DNA of 64,000 bases from Octopus vulgaris (Eukaryota), in the NCBI GenBank assembly GCA_951406725.2, contig OX597818.1, positions 9,114,001-9,178,000 on the forward strand, in the 5' to 3' direction. Numbering within the stretch: the first letter of the stretch is position 1; each line of letters starts with the position of its first letter. Made by a program: the position numbers and the translations under genes. The notes below the pieces were generated by a model, which was given only the letters and a program-made list of their open reading frames with translations, made no database searches and was not told the DNA's origin. Of the stretch, positions 1 through 15,102 are shown in pieces.

Positions 1-279
1 ATGCGATGTTTTAACTCCACCGTATTCATACTTTTCTCGATGCTAAGTGTAACATAACTGAGGGGAAAGCCATTCAAGTAGAAACTGAAATCTCGTTGAC
101 ATATATATAGTTGGCAAGGTCTCACCTCTCACACTACATCACTGATTAGAGTTGAAAGAAATGAGTTTAAATGGTTGCCGATGGAAGGTTATCAGACGTG
201 GTGGGGATATATGCTTTAAGGAATGCATCAATGATTTATATGCACATTTTCTAAATCAATAAACCGAACTACCCTTGCT

Positions 280-515
280 AACTACCTTGAAAGGGATGCT
301 GTTATCACTCGGCCCGCGAGAAACAGCAGTAAATTTTCTTGAAAATTACGCCGTAGTATCTGAAAGCACAACTGTTACTCACTATGTTTAAGATGTTGTA
401 TTCCAAATTATATTACACAGGAAAAACAAAAGACGAGGGGAGAGCACGGCTGTAATATAATGGGTTATGAGGCTGCTGAATCATAGCTGACCTGGCTCTA
501 AGCATAACAAGTGAT
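280..515 (+). mobile_element. Highly decayed ancient SINE-like repeat (related copies at ~1105-1305 and ~51855-52070)
   Basis: Shared degenerate blocks among three loci, e.g. GAAAYAGCAGYNAAATYTYCTT and a 3' block ...TGATCATAGG...CTGACCTGG...AACAAC. Alignment by eye only. Confidence 0.35.
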
Positions 516-1379
516 AATGAAATGTAAAACACTAAAAAACATATTCTACAATTAATGCAAATATGTACATTGCTGTGATATTCCTAAAACAGTAAAAGGG
601 TTAAATGCATATCAATTTATATCATATTTCAATGATTATGTTGGTTGATATCATCTTATTTCCTTCGCTAAAGATTAATGATATTTTAATTGGATGACCT
701 TAATTGGGAATGCCAGTTAATTCCTCGATAAAATAAAAAACAAAAAAAAAACAAAGACAATTGGACTATAATTTACTATGCTGCTGTTAATTACGCTGAA
801 CTATAGAGAAAGTAAAACACACCTGATTTTCCCTAATTGCATGCTCAAGAACAGAATAATGGTTTTGAAAATGAGGAGGGGTGATAATTTGACTAGCATA
901 AAAAACAATATTTGCGTAAAACCAAAAATGGAAACAAAAGATGTCCGTTTGCTGAACTAGATTTCGTGCAATTTTATCCCTTTAAAGGCCAAGTTTAATT
1001 GTTTGTCGGGATTAAACTACATATCTGTTTCCGTAAGTGTTATTAAAATTAAGCACAACCACTATATCTGGTTTGAGAGCAATAGCATTGATGTTACAGA
1101 CAAAGGAGCGTCTACATAGACATGCAGTATGCTAGGAATGGTAACGAAATTTTCTTCAAATATTACTCTGCTAATTATGCTCTAAATAGGGTGATACTAG
1201 ATACAGTAATTCTGAAAATTAATAACTTCCGGCCTGTATTACTTTTGATTATAAATCAGCTCAGTCACTTTAGACTTGAGCGGTAAAGAATCTTCATAAC
1301 AACTGAGGTTGTAGTTTAAAAATGAATATTTATCTGAAACAAATTATGGTGGATCTAGGTGACTGATTGAATACTTTAG

Positions 1380-2662
1380 GGTGACCAGTAAGTTCGGTCC
1401 TGGAAGATTCGACCTGTAAAATTCGGTTCCAGAAATTATTAGTAAACTACCCATGAAAAGATTAATTAAACAAATAAAAAAAATACATAGCTAAATAGAA
1501 GAGTAATTTTCTTGAAAAAGTAAAGTATCAATTACTTCTTCTGGTGGTAAAAATGCCAGTGTGCAGAACATTTTTATTTTAGTTGGAAAGGATCCATCAG
1601 TACTATATTGAACTTTATATCCAAGTTGGCATAATTTCTTATAAACTGTCTGGTAAAATGAAATAAACAACATCCGCTGGTGCTTCCAGTAAAGTTATGG
1701 TCACAGTTTTTACGAATTTCCTGTTCAAAGTCAATCAATACTTGACGTGGCTTAATATTGGGCCGCAAATTTTTATTTGAAGAAAAGTCTTGCCATATGT
1801 TGCTTGTGTTTTGAGCGGCAGTAGAATAAAAACTCGAGGATAAGATCAACCATTTATGATAACAAGAATGGTGAAAAGCTGATACCATGCATTCGGTGAT
1901 GATTTGAATGTACCATCCATTCCTAAAAATGAGGTGTTTTCCAGTTGTTGGAAACCATCGTTAGAGGCAAAGATTAAAATCCTCTTTTCATCATTACTGC
2001 CTTTGTCGCATTGCAGGATCAAATCACCGCCTTCCAAGTATTTAAAAGAATCAGGCACTTGAAATCCATTTCGATGAAGAGGCAACAGAAGGGCATCAAA
2101 AGCTTTATTGTGCGAGTTTGTAACAGTTCTCGAAACTGTCTGCAACCGTGGTAATTCATATTTCGCATTCTCACTAATATTATTTGTTGTTTCTGAAATG
2201 AGCACTCGTGTACATATTTCAACTCCATCTTGCAATTTTTTTCTTAAGGCTGAAATGGCGAATTGTGCTTCCACTGAATTCAGTGCTCGTTCGTGATCAT
2301 GAATATTGATTGTTGAAATAATTATAGGTTCACCTGGTTTATTCTTTGTATGAACAGGAGCACGACATGTATTGCGAATCTCACAGAGCCACAGTTTCTT
2401 TGTATCATCGGAACTAATCTTATGAAGGTCGTAAACATAATTAAGTTCATCAATCAATTTATCTTTGTTTTTCTGAATTTTAAAATATTTTGCAGCCACA
2501 TTAATGTTTCTTTGAATTGAATATATTTATTATCCTGTGGGCATAATGATATGTGGGCGAACGGACTCCATAGTAAGCGAAATGACCGGATACCGATTTG
2601 AAAAATTGTCTGGGACCACAATTATTAGGACCGAATTTTCGGAACCGAAGTTTTCTTGCACC
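1380..2662 (-). mobile_element. Mutator-like (MULE) DNA transposon, internally deleted, with degenerate TIRs and 9-bp TSD
   Basis: Left end GGTGACCAGTAAGTTCGGTCC; right end reverse-complemented GGTGCAAGAAAACTTCGGTTCC. Flanks are ATACTTTAG (1371-1379) and ATATTTTAG (2663-2671). Encloses the transposase remnant. Confidence 0.8.
1491..2499 (-). pseudogene. MULE transposase pseudogene (FLYWCH-like N-terminus plus MULE domain), frameshifted and 3'-truncated
   Basis: ORFs 1846-2499, 1574-1888 and 1491-1673 contain W-x-C...C..H...H-x-H, MDGTFKSSP..YQLFTI, LIDFE, GCLFHF and LAFLPP, which are typical MULE transposase motifs. Confidence 0.85.
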
Positions 2663-3357
2663 ATATTTTAGAGACTTCAGTATATTTCTTCATTGAAATA
2701 CTGCAGCACTCGATTTTTGATGAACATCACTGAACTTAAATAGTTCGGATTTCAATCTACTTTCGTATTTGCCTAGTAAAAGCAAAATGATGACATAAAC
2801 TTAGTAAGACACTAATTTCACACTAATATCTGGTTTCGGATATTTGTAGAATATTCAGTCTGTAGCAAATATTTGCACCATGTATTCAGCCGGAGCATAG
2901 GCAAGTAAATGTCATCATCTGCTGCATTCTATTGGAGCAACATATGAGCTTTGACTATTTTTGTCCCATTTACAAGTCTTTGTGATCTTATCCAAACATG
3001 CTCCGTAAGATGAAATTCACTCCCTTTGAGTAAGTCATTCTTGAAAACAATAATATCAAAGCCAAAACACTAGCTTAACAACATGCCGAAACACAGTTGA
3101 GGAGTCTTTATGTATCTGTATTGTATTGTTGCTTCAGTACGATCAATTTAGATTCCGCTTTAAACTTGCAAGCAAAAGTATATAATCCGATAGTATATTT
3201 GTTAAAATACTTTACCCTTTATCACACAGATATTACACTCCACAACAAGAATCTAAAGATTAGGATTAGTCGTTTAGATATACATTGGCACCGGTGAGTT
3301 AGATATTTTAACGACCACAGAACCAAAAAAATAATTGACAATATCAATCAATTAAGA

Positions 3358-3570
3358 AAGCGACGAAATGGCAGAATCGTTACCACACACACAAGAAAAA
3401 AAAAAGCTTAGTTGAATTTCCTCCGAATTCACGTTTTCCGAATTTACTCGGGATGACTTGCCTTTCATTTTTTGGGGATCGATAAAAGAAGCACCAGCTG
3501 AACTTTGGGGTCGATGTAACATATTATCCCGTCTACGGAAATTGCTGCCTTGAGCCAAAATTTGAAACCA
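3358..3570 (+). mobile_element. tRNA-derived SINE (family S1), decayed
   Basis: Head TGGCAGAATCGTTA, body GACTTGCCTTTCAT..GGGATCGATAAA..CACCAG, tail AAATTTGAAACC. Matches better copies at 12.0, 16.1 and 24.1 kb. Confidence 0.65.
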
Positions 3571-4357
3571 GTGTTAATCACTTAAGAGTATGATTACAGA
3601 CGTTAGAGATATAATTTACATATCTCAAGCTATTCTTTGCCAGAAATTATTGGTTTTGCCATTGTCGCTTAAGTACCATTTAAAGAAGGTCCATTATACC
3701 GACACATTTACTTGGGGTTAGCAGAGAGGTTAAAAGCAATATTTTGTTCGTAAGATTTTGAACTCTGTAGATAGAGGTTGCAAGACATCCCAAACATTTT
3801 GCTGCATAAGTAACAACATATATACATAGTCATAGATTCATACATATATGCACACATACATACATACATATATGCATACATACATATATGCATACATACA
3901 TTCATACATACATAGTTAGATGCCGTGCCGTGTAACCGACTTCCAACCCATTTAAGACAATCATGATGAAAATTATGGTGATCACAACGAACATTAATAT
4001 TAACGAGGAACGCCACAAACGTTTCCATTGTATTTCTGTGATATTTTATTTCTTAAATTATTTAAAATTATTTATCTGGCTTAACTGCAATCCAGTTAAG
4101 CAGAAGATATGGAAAACCATTCATTCTTGTACTTAACGCATCGATATACACTCATATTGCTAAATTATGCATTTTCAGACAAAAGCGATTTATTTTACCT
4201 CAACAAGTATACAAATTCACGTTTTCATATACATTTGCATGAACACTCCAAAGAGAGAGAAGAGGAAAGATAGAGAGATACAACGGAGGACATTGCAGTG
4301 TGAGAAAAGATCAAGAATCTAGCACATATACATATATTTCGTTTTTCAGTGGTACCG

Positions 4358-4452
4358 ATGATGATGACGATGATGATGATGATAATGATGATGGTGATGA
4401 CGACGACAACGACAAAGACGATGGCGATGATGACGATGATGACGATGATGAC

Positions 4453-4505
<53 letters not shown>

Positions 4506-4597
4506 CGATGACGACGATGACGATGATGATTACAATGATGATGATGATGATTACAATGATGATGATGATGACGACGACGACGATGATGATGATGATG
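4358..4597. repeat. (GAT/GAC)n microsatellite
   Basis: Direct reading. Confidence 0.95.
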
Positions 4598-4697
4598 TAA
4601 TTGATGAAAACTATAATAAAACATATTTCAGAAGGGACGAATGACAAAAGTGAAAGAGGAAAATTTATCTGTTTTCCTTATTTAACCGTATTAAGTT

Positions 4698-4875
4698 CAC
4701 GAGCTGCAGCATCGATGGTGTCAGGACAAAATGTTAAGCGGCATTTTTCCGGATGTACCGTCTGGGTTGCAAATCTACTGCGGTCGATTTTTGCCTTTCC
4801 GCGTTTCCGGGTCGATAATACAATTCACTGTCGAGCACTGGGTCAGCGTAACTGTTAGCCACGCCTGCCACAACA
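4698..4875 (+). mobile_element. tRNA-derived SINE S1, decayed
   Basis: CGAGCTGCAGCATCG...AAAATGTTAAGCGGCATTT...GGTCGATTTTTGCCTTTC..GGGTCGATAA..AGCACTGGG. Confidence 0.6.
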
Positions 4876-5283
4876 ATTTACATTATTTAACTCGATTTGG
4901 AACGTAACGGACATGCCTATGATGCAAGATCTTTCCATCTATGGAGATTCTATCTGCTTAGTGTTATCTTGAACCTGTATGTAGTGTGTTGTTTCTGTAC
5001 TTAAAAAATAGGTTTGATGTAAAGGAGAAGTAACTAGAATAGGTTTCTAGATCTATAAAGATGCACACATTTTGTGCATACGTGTATTGATAACCACAGT
5101 CTATGAATGAAACGTTCTTCAAATAGCCAGAGAGAATAAACTTTAAAGTCGTTTCCAGTTTTAACTCAGAGAAGGGACGTAATTAGCAATAAGAACGCTT
5201 TGTATCACTTTCATTGATATACTGTCCTTCTGTAAAACTCTTGCAACGAGCAAACAGGACCATGTGTGTGTACTAGGATCTAG

Positions 5284-5400
5284 ATGCTGTTAATGCTGCT
5301 ACTGCTACTGATGATAATGATGGTGATGATAATGACGCATGTGCTGGTGGTGCTGTTCATGATGTTGGTAGTTGTGGCTGTGATACTACTACTACTACTA

Positions 5401-5449
<49 letters not shown>

Positions 5450-5476
5450 CACTACTACTACTACTACTACTACTAT

Positions 5477-5518
<42 letters not shown>

Positions 5519-5570
5519 AGATAATGATAATAAAGCTTATACTTATTATTATTTTTTGTTATTATCATTA
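5284..5570. repeat. Compound trinucleotide microsatellite, mainly (CTA)n with degenerate (GAT/GCT/TAT)n flanks
   Basis: Direct reading. Confidence 0.9.
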
Positions 5571-6048
5571 TTCAGTAGGTTATTTTATAGCGTGCTTTCA
5601 CTTCACTACCGAGCGCAGCTCTGTGTGTCTTGGGTATGTACTGTGGTTTGCTATGATACTCTTATGGTTACTGTATTGAAAGTGTAAGTCCTAGGATTTT
5701 TATATAGTTGTCAGATTATTTTTTATCATACCTAATGCACCTACTATGATAGGAATTGTTTCTGTTTATAGATTCCACATTCGAGTTACCTGTATTTCCA
5801 GGTCTTTGTATTTTGAAAGTTTCTCCATTTCTTTTAGAGAAACATTGTCATTTGCTGGTATTGATACATCAATTAGAAAGCATTTTTTCTTTTTCATGAT
5901 CTCTGACAACTATATTTGGCCTATTTGCGTTAATTTCTCTATCTGTGTGTATTGGCATATCCCAGAGTATGGTTGTTTTTTGTGACCTTTTCTGGCATGT
6001 GCTTAGACCATCTTTTTTTCTGTTGTTATTCCATAGTGTTGGCATAGC
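5571..6048 (-). mobile_element. R4/Dong-type LINE, family A, 5'-truncated 3' end (RLE domain plus 3' UTR)
   Basis: Reverse complement aligns to ~57420-57968 of the full-length copy (LWDMP..RPDIVV..KYKDLE; 3' UTR CAGAGCTGCGCTCGGTAGTGAAGTGAAAGCACG). Small internal deletion near 5688. Confidence 0.9.
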
Positions 6049-6124
<76 letters not shown>

Positions 6125-6134
6125 ATTATTATTA
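6049..6134. repeat. (ATT)n microsatellite (Dong target/tail)
   Basis: Direct reading. Confidence 0.95.
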
Positions 6135-7700
<1,566 letters not shown>

Positions 7701-7706
7701 AAAGAA

Positions 7707-7762
7707 ATTATCATTACTATCATTATGATCATTGTTATTATTATATGACTATTAATTTTTAC

Positions 7763-7825
<63 letters not shown>

Positions 7826-7845
7826 GATTATCATTATTATTATTA

Positions 7846-7915
<70 letters not shown>

Positions 7916-7920
7916 CATAA
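7707..7920. repeat. (ATT)n microsatellite, grading into degenerate (GAT)n to ~8320
   Basis: Direct reading. Confidence 0.9.
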
Positions 7921-9559
7921 TTATGGCGATGATGATGATGAAGATTGGGATGATGGTGATATGAAGCTATGGAAGTGTAGAAAAATGATGAGAATGAAAA
8001 GGGAGGGGCACCTTGTTTTAATGATGAAGTTGATATTGATTAATGATAACGATGATAAAGTGGAGGAGAAGGCGGAATGTGACGATCACGCTAATGATGT
8101 CGCTATTGCCTGTGGTGTACTTAAAACTCGATGACGAAGACCAGATTGTCCATTCAAAAAACAATGGTAATAAAGATGATGGGAGTGATAATGCTTATCA
8201 TAATGACGAGAATACTAAAACAATGACAATAATAACGTTGGCAATTTAGACCACGATGATGATGACGACGACGATGATGATGATGATGATGATGATGACG
8301 ACGACGACGAATCGACGATGGGACGGTCAGGATAGCAGTGACAATAGCGGTGAAGTTGGCGACGACATTGACTATAGTGATGGTGCGATGTCCCCGACAA
8401 AATATAAAAGTGAGTTCTCCTTAGTGTGTAGAAAAACTTCTAAATTAGGGACAACGTCAAAGCTGCGATTAGTGAGCGCTTTTACGGATTCATCTCTATC
8501 AAACTGATAGTGACACTCGAAAGTCTATTGCTTCGTAGCTAAGTAGGTTATGGTGTTTAATATTCCTGGTGATCAAGGCTGTGCAATTTTCTAGATTTAT
8601 TGATTTCCTTTATATGTTTTATAGTTTTTCCACGCCACCGTCGTTCTCATATCGGAAATTCAAGTATTTATCTTGTAACTTTTATCGTATAACATCGGCT
8701 TATGTAATTTCCCATGGTCTCCATGTCTCACTAAATTTCTTAGAAACCAGTTCATCTGTCATTACATAACGGATCCTAATTTCGTCAAAACCTTCTAGTT
8801 TTTCTCTTACTGTCTTGTCTCCCACTCCTCTTTCTCATCTTTTCTTTCTTTTCGCCCGTCATTTAATAATCTTCATCTCCAATATTTTCCCTTATATCTT
8901 ATCTCAGATCTCAAACTTTACCTCCCATTTCATTTGGTCTCTCATTAATCCTAATTTATTTTATAGCGTCTCTTCAATAAATTTCATTACTTTCATCTCT
9001 CTCCCCTAGTTATATCACAAACCACACCATTATTCATAACCTTTCATTTGTTATTTCTCAAAATAAGCCTTATTTCAGTGTTTGATTACCTACCTTCCTT
9101 ACTCACCAACCTCTCGTTTTTACCATACTATATTTTTACCTTACTAAATTTCTCTTCCTGCATCATTCCATTATTCCCACCCATATGCAAAGAGGTGATA
9201 CAGGTTTTGACTCTGCTGTATGCCGCTCAAAGATTGACTGATGTATTCAGGAGCGATTACGGTGGCACTACTTCAATGAAGTAATTATTTAGTGATACAA
9301 TTGTCTGCGATTAGATATAAAGCTTATTGGTGAGGTTTACCGCGAATACTGTCCCATAGATAAGTATGTGCGAAGAATTTGTGTTCCACCTTGAATGCCG
9401 TTCCATGATGAAACACCGATTTTGAAATGTCACAGTTCACTTCTACTGAAGAGTAATTCCTGAAAACACCTACACATACTTAAAAACCTTATGTATCTAT
9501 AAAATAATTGTTATACCATATAGATGAACTACTTTAATCAGAGATAATATTTAGCTGCA

Positions 9560-11017
9560 GATATTTTGTACACCCTCGCTGTTGGGCAACTAAAAAGTTG
9601 ACGATTTTTAGATTCACATATAAGACCCCTTTATGTTTATCATTCTTGAGTAAATCTAATACAAGTTTTAGGTGATCATAATTCTATTTTAAGTGATCAA
9701 TAGGAAGCATACCAAACAAGTTTCCATTATAGAGTAATACACATTTTAGACCCATCTATGAACTATCTATAAGGAGTTTCCATTCACTAGGATCATACTG
9801 TTCAACACCCATCAGGTCACGTTTAACAATCCCGCCACGTCACAACAATAAGCCACATATTTTCCAGTTGTAAAGAATGCCAAGAGATCTTTTTACCCTG
9901 CTCCGTTATGAAGTCACGTTTGTTTCTTTCTGCAACAAATTCTTCTCTTTAAGCCTAGAAGCTAACAGTTCTAATTACACTTTTGACAGTCCTAGGTTTC
10001 TAACTAAATCACTAAGTTCTGCCTGGTTGAAAGTGTTCACTTTCTTTCGTTAGTGTTTCTGTAAAGTCTGCATCTCTGTCATGTTCATGATTTACATCTA
10101 CTTCACATACATCAAAATAGATACTAGTATTTCATCTGAGTGAAGCACTGGATAAGTTGCTGAATTGAGATATGGCTAACCTTTTTCTGTCGTATTCTCT
10201 TGCTATATCCAGAAGGCTTTGTGAAACAAAAGTAGCAACCGTTTTCATTGCTCTTTAGCTCCCGTCATACTATAGGAATGCTAATTGTTAGTTGTTTCCA
10301 GTGCCTTTGTCCACAGATGTTTTGACACAGGGTTTACATAATTTTTGTGCGGGACCCACGATTTATCCTGATCACTAACTTTAATCTTAAAGTGATCCAT
10401 GTAGGATCTTTTCACAGAGTCGCTAATGTTCGGTCACTGACTTGGCACGTAAAACACACACACATACAAAAAAAGTCAGGGAAATTCAAACATTTCCTTC
10501 ACAATGACGCCATGCTACTGAACCCCTAAGTTATTTCCGGAAATAAATGCGTAAAGAAAGAAAATAATAAATAAAGAAGCATATATCTACGTTTGTCAAA
10601 ATAGATGTCTAAATACATAGATAAAACAGAAATGTTCGACTATGAAATATTTTGTATATTTGTTGAGTGTAAGAAAAGATTAATAACACAAACGATGACG
10701 AACGAGCGTTCAAGCACACAGTTATTAGGAAACACATGTACATATACTAGGCGGATAGAGCGTCGCAACTGGCACTCACTGAACGCTCAACTGACACTGA
10801 GTCTCTTGCTGCTAACGCACCCTACGAAAAACACATTCAAATACTTTTTGAAACATTGAGCTATGGGTGGGGCCAATATAAGCCAGCCCATAGAATAACA
10901 TTTTGACCTGAGAGAAAAAAAAACATTGCTATTTTTAAACCCAATGACCTCGAATTACCCCAAAACAAGACTCAAACGTAGGTCAGCAGAGAAAAAGTTA
11001 GAAACTGTTGGCCAGTG
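9560..11017 (-). mobile_element. Chapaev (CMC, Chapaev3-like) DNA transposon remnant
   Basis: Minus-strand translation near 9570-9870 gives YCCDVAGL..MGVEQYDPSEWKLLIDSS..LKCVLLYNGN...QQRGCTKY, a decayed EWRLFIDSSK.SLK.VLLHNGN...GYTKY motif. The terminus reads CACTGGCCAACAGTTTC from 11017. The other end was not located. Confidence 0.7.
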
Positions 11018-11770
11018 GAATCTATGATGGAATGGTTTGATCCTGTGCCATAATGAAAAACAAATCTACGTTGATTTTTTGTCTTTTACATGCTTTGAAT
11101 ATCTCAAATATTTTCGCCATTAATTTAGCGTGGAATTATTCAACAAAATGTAATGCTTATTTTCAGCTTTGTTTCATTTGTTCTTTTGCTCTTTCTCCTC
11201 ATTATTTAAACTACGCGCTTTCCATTTTTCGAAATTCACCTCCTCCTATCTGTTGGTTCCTTGAAATAAGAAAAAACAATTGTTTTCTTTGTCATATTTT
11301 ATAAAGACTGTATTAGTTTTCCGTTGTTCCCTCCTTGATATTTTTGTGGACATAAAGTGCATATTTTAATTTTTTCATATATTTTAGAAAACGCCTCGCT
11401 TCCCGTATTATGGCATAAAAATACATTCTGTCAGATATTGGGTGATTTACTGAAAATTCAGTTTTTGTTTTCCAGTCTCGTTTTCTTAATGAAATTGTTG
11501 TCTAGTTAACGATGTAAATAAAACTCATAATTGGATAGCCAACGTATAGCTGCATTTTAAGATGTAAACTAAAGCAAATACATTATTCATTGCTAGTCTT
11601 CCTTTTCATTTGTGTATGTTGCACACTGCCTTATTCATTAATTCAAAAATACTGGTAAATGATTGCGACTAGAAAGTCAGCAAAATGTCTTCAGTGTGTT
11701 TGAAGGCATGATCTCTGAATATTGAGTTAAATAAATTTTTCAGCCAATCGTTTCATCTCTCCTAATATAT

Positions 11771-12189
11771 ATTTACTTCTTTATTGCCACAGGGAGCTAA
11801 ACATAGAGGAGATAAACAAGGACAGGCAAAGGGATTAAGTCTACTACACCGACCCCAGTGCTCAACTTGTACTTCTTTAATTGACCCTGAAAGGAGGAAC
11901 GGCAAAGTCGAACCCGACAGAATTTGAACTCAGAACGTAACAGCAGAGGAAATACCTATTTCTTTACTACCCACAAGGGGCTAAACACAAAGAGGACAAA
12001 CAAGGACAAACAAACGGATTAAGTCGATTATAGCGACTCCAGTGCGTAACTGCTACTTATTTAATCGACCCCGAAAGGGTGAAAGGCAAAGTCGAACTCG
12101 GGGGAATTTAAACTCAGAACGTAGCGGCAGACGAAATACCGCTAAGCATTTCGCCCGCCGTGCTAACGTTGCTGCCAGCTCGCCGCCTT
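11771..12189 (-). mobile_element. Dimeric SINE S1 (head plus body, then a second body) with ~19-bp TSD
   Basis: Minus strand starts GGCGGCGAGCTGGCAGCAACGTTAGCACG, with B-box-like GAGTTYAAATT, and the body is repeated. Flanks TTCATCTCTCCTAATATAT (11752-11770) and TTCATATCTCCTAATATAT (12188-12206). Confidence 0.85.
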
Positions 12190-12490
12190 CATATCTCCTA
12201 ATATATTGAGTGCTGACACATTAAGAAGTCCACTAAATTCGGAACGGGGCAGTCCTAAATGAGTTTAATTTTAACTGATCATGTGAAGTCGAGAGTTAAA
12301 TGGATGTTGAGATGGTGCGATCACAGTACATAAGCAGATGTAATATAATTTTCAGTTTCAAATTAAAAGAAATTTCAATTATCAAAGGAGCATATAGTAA
12401 GTTTACTCGTTCTCCAATATTTTGTTTCGTAACATATTGTAAGACAAAGTCAACCTCTGGTGGATTTAAACTCAATATTTAAAAACCTAT

Positions 12491-12706
12491 AAGGTGGTGA
12501 AAGGACAGAAATGTTAGCACGCCGGGCGAAATGCTTAGCAGTATTTCGTCTATTTTACGTTCTGAATTAAAAATTCCACCGAGGTTACTTTGCCTCTCAT
12601 CCTTTCGAGGTTGATAAATTAAGTACGAGTTGTGTACCTGGGTCTATCTAATCAAATGACCCCTCACCCAAAATTTAGGGGCTTGTAGCTAGAGTAGAAA
12701 ATTATT
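12491..12706 (+). mobile_element. tRNA-derived SINE S1
   Basis: AAGGTGGTGA..CAGAAATGTTAGCACGCCGGGCGAAATGCTTAGCAGTATTTCGTC...TTTGCCTCTCATCCTTTCGAGGTTGATAAATTAAGTAC. Confidence 0.85.
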
Positions 12707-12713
12707 TTGAATG

Positions 12714-12755
<42 letters not shown>

Positions 12756-13149
12756 TGACTAGAGTAGAAAAGAATATTTAAAGAGCTATACGTAAAGATT
12801 GTAAGCGTGTTTTTTCGATATGTTAGTGATTCTGCTAACCAAAAGGAGTTCTCTTGCTTATATCATAGCTTAAAATCAATTGAAAGTAAACTTAACACTA
12901 TTCGATAACATAAAATCCATTGTGCTTAACGTAATTCGAACATTCCTTACAAAAAAATAAAACCAACGTGATATACTTATGAAAGAGAGAATTTAAGAGT
13001 GAATAAAGGAGGAACACCAGTATAAAATGCCGTGATTCTAAAATCAATGGATGGCCAACTATGGTTGTGTATTTTAACATACAGAAACGCCAGATTATTT
13101 CTGAAAGCTTGCTTCCGTGAAAGATTACATTAAGTAAACACTAACGTGA

Positions 13150-13270
13150 ATACATGACCAGGTAGACATACATACAAATATACACGCATATAAACACACA
13201 CAAACACACATATGTATATGCATATATATCCACGAATTTATGTACGCCCGTAGACATATGTATGTATACA

Positions 13271-13312
<42 letters not shown>

Positions 13313-13750
13313 ACTGATATATATATAGACACATACATACACACACGCATAACTGTGTCTGTATATATACATATAATATATATACACACATTTATTAATA
13401 TATTTTCTATGTATATCTGAACATATTTGTATGTATTTTCGGGCACACAAATTTTGATAACTATAGACCGATACACACTTCGTAGCTATATGCACACACA
13501 TACGAATGTATATACAAGGTTACATCCACGCTTTACATTAACAGATACACTCACCAATGTATACATATATGTACTTGCGTCTATTTCTATATATGTAGTT
13601 ATGTGTGTGCATATATATATATATATATACATATATATGTGTGGAAATATGTATAAGTATATATATATATATATGCGTCTGTGTATGTGAGGCACCCTGT
13701 TAGTGTGCATAAGTGGGGTCTATTTTGCGGAGCGTGTATATGTATATTAA
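13150..13750. repeat. Degenerate (TA)/(CA)/(TG) low-complexity tract
   Basis: Direct reading. Confidence 0.85.
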
Positions 13751-15039
13751 TAGTTTGAGGCTATCGAGCATTTCTGGTTTGCATCGATAACTTGAACCGA
13801 TGAGCAAAATCGCAACAGACGGTTGATGATTTATGCTCATATAAAGAATAAAAGATGAGCTAACCTATCTCCCATGCATAATAGAATACTAAGAAATTTG
13901 CTGCTAAACTTGAGTATTTTTGTTTAATCTGCTGATTTAATATGTTGACAAGAATATGTATTGAAATTGTTCAATGTAGAAGATAAAGGAAAATGTTATC
14001 TTCTACCAAAAACCATCTCAATCCTGGCCTTTTCACTCCATCAGATAATGTAGTTATATTTCACCTCTCAATATCACAAGAAAGTTTCGCAGTCGAATGC
14101 AATTTGAAAAGTATGCAAGGAAGGAGTTAAAACCTTGCATTATGCTAAGCAAACTAAAGAGAACTAAAAAAAAACTTCGAATGGGATTAAGATAAATTTT
14201 ATCTACTTATATTTACATAAATCACCGTGTCTAAATCCATGGCAATGTCACTATGTAACTCATATCACTCGAGAATTTACTCATGCTGTGTGTTCCTCAA
14301 CACAGAGAGTTGTAAACGCCATAGCTGATGTTATTATGTTCATGCAATTTGTGTAGGAGTAGTCAACCATATGAACCCAATTTACTCCAGCCTACATTCA
14401 GTAAAGTTAATTTTAGTTAGGATTATTCCTTTAATATCTAATTTCTTATTGTAGCATTTTTTTGTTGTCAATGGTGTTTATATCGGTTTTGTTTTCTGGT
14501 GTTAATTTAGAATTTTATTGTTATTTTACATATAATTTGCTAGATTTCTGGTGGGGAGTTTTATTAACATATTGAATAGTCGAGGCACCTCTGAAGATTT
14601 TGTCTCTAAGATTTATACTTTGAGGAACTGAACATGCTAATCCTTTCCCAATCAATACCAACTTGAAATCATGCAGCAGTGAAACAAAGCAGTTATGGAT
14701 TTCGTACAGCAGCGACTGCTTCGAATATTCAGTTGTTCAGAATATGTATTACATATATTTATTGCTACCATTCAAGAGTTTTGTTTGCCTGAAATAGAAT
14801 ACGAAGATCGTTCTCAAAGAAGAGTGTTTCCAACTGCGTCTTTATAGCCGTCCGTTCGTTCTTTTATATGTTAGAAAATAACAAACACAGAGTCATTATT
14901 ATGATCGAAGAAAGATGGAAACTTACGCATTGGTCGCTAGTGGAAAACATATACGATAAAGTCATAAATCGTATATCTAATATCTAAGACACCCCCCCCC
15001 ACACACGCATGTATGTATGTATGTATGTATGTATGTATG

Positions 15040-15073
<34 letters not shown>

Positions 15074-15102
15074 TGTATGTATGTATATAATTATATATAT
15101 AT

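Noticed and set aside
12095-12189. tRNA genes at SINE heads (also 16124, 24124 and 33640-33705)
   Set aside because: A/B-box-like motifs are present, but no cloverleaf could be built and each continues into a SINE body.
13850-14700. Possible decayed Penelope RT (KCYLLPK.H..PG near 13990)
   Set aside because: A single short motif with no further recognisable RT blocks, too weak to annotate.
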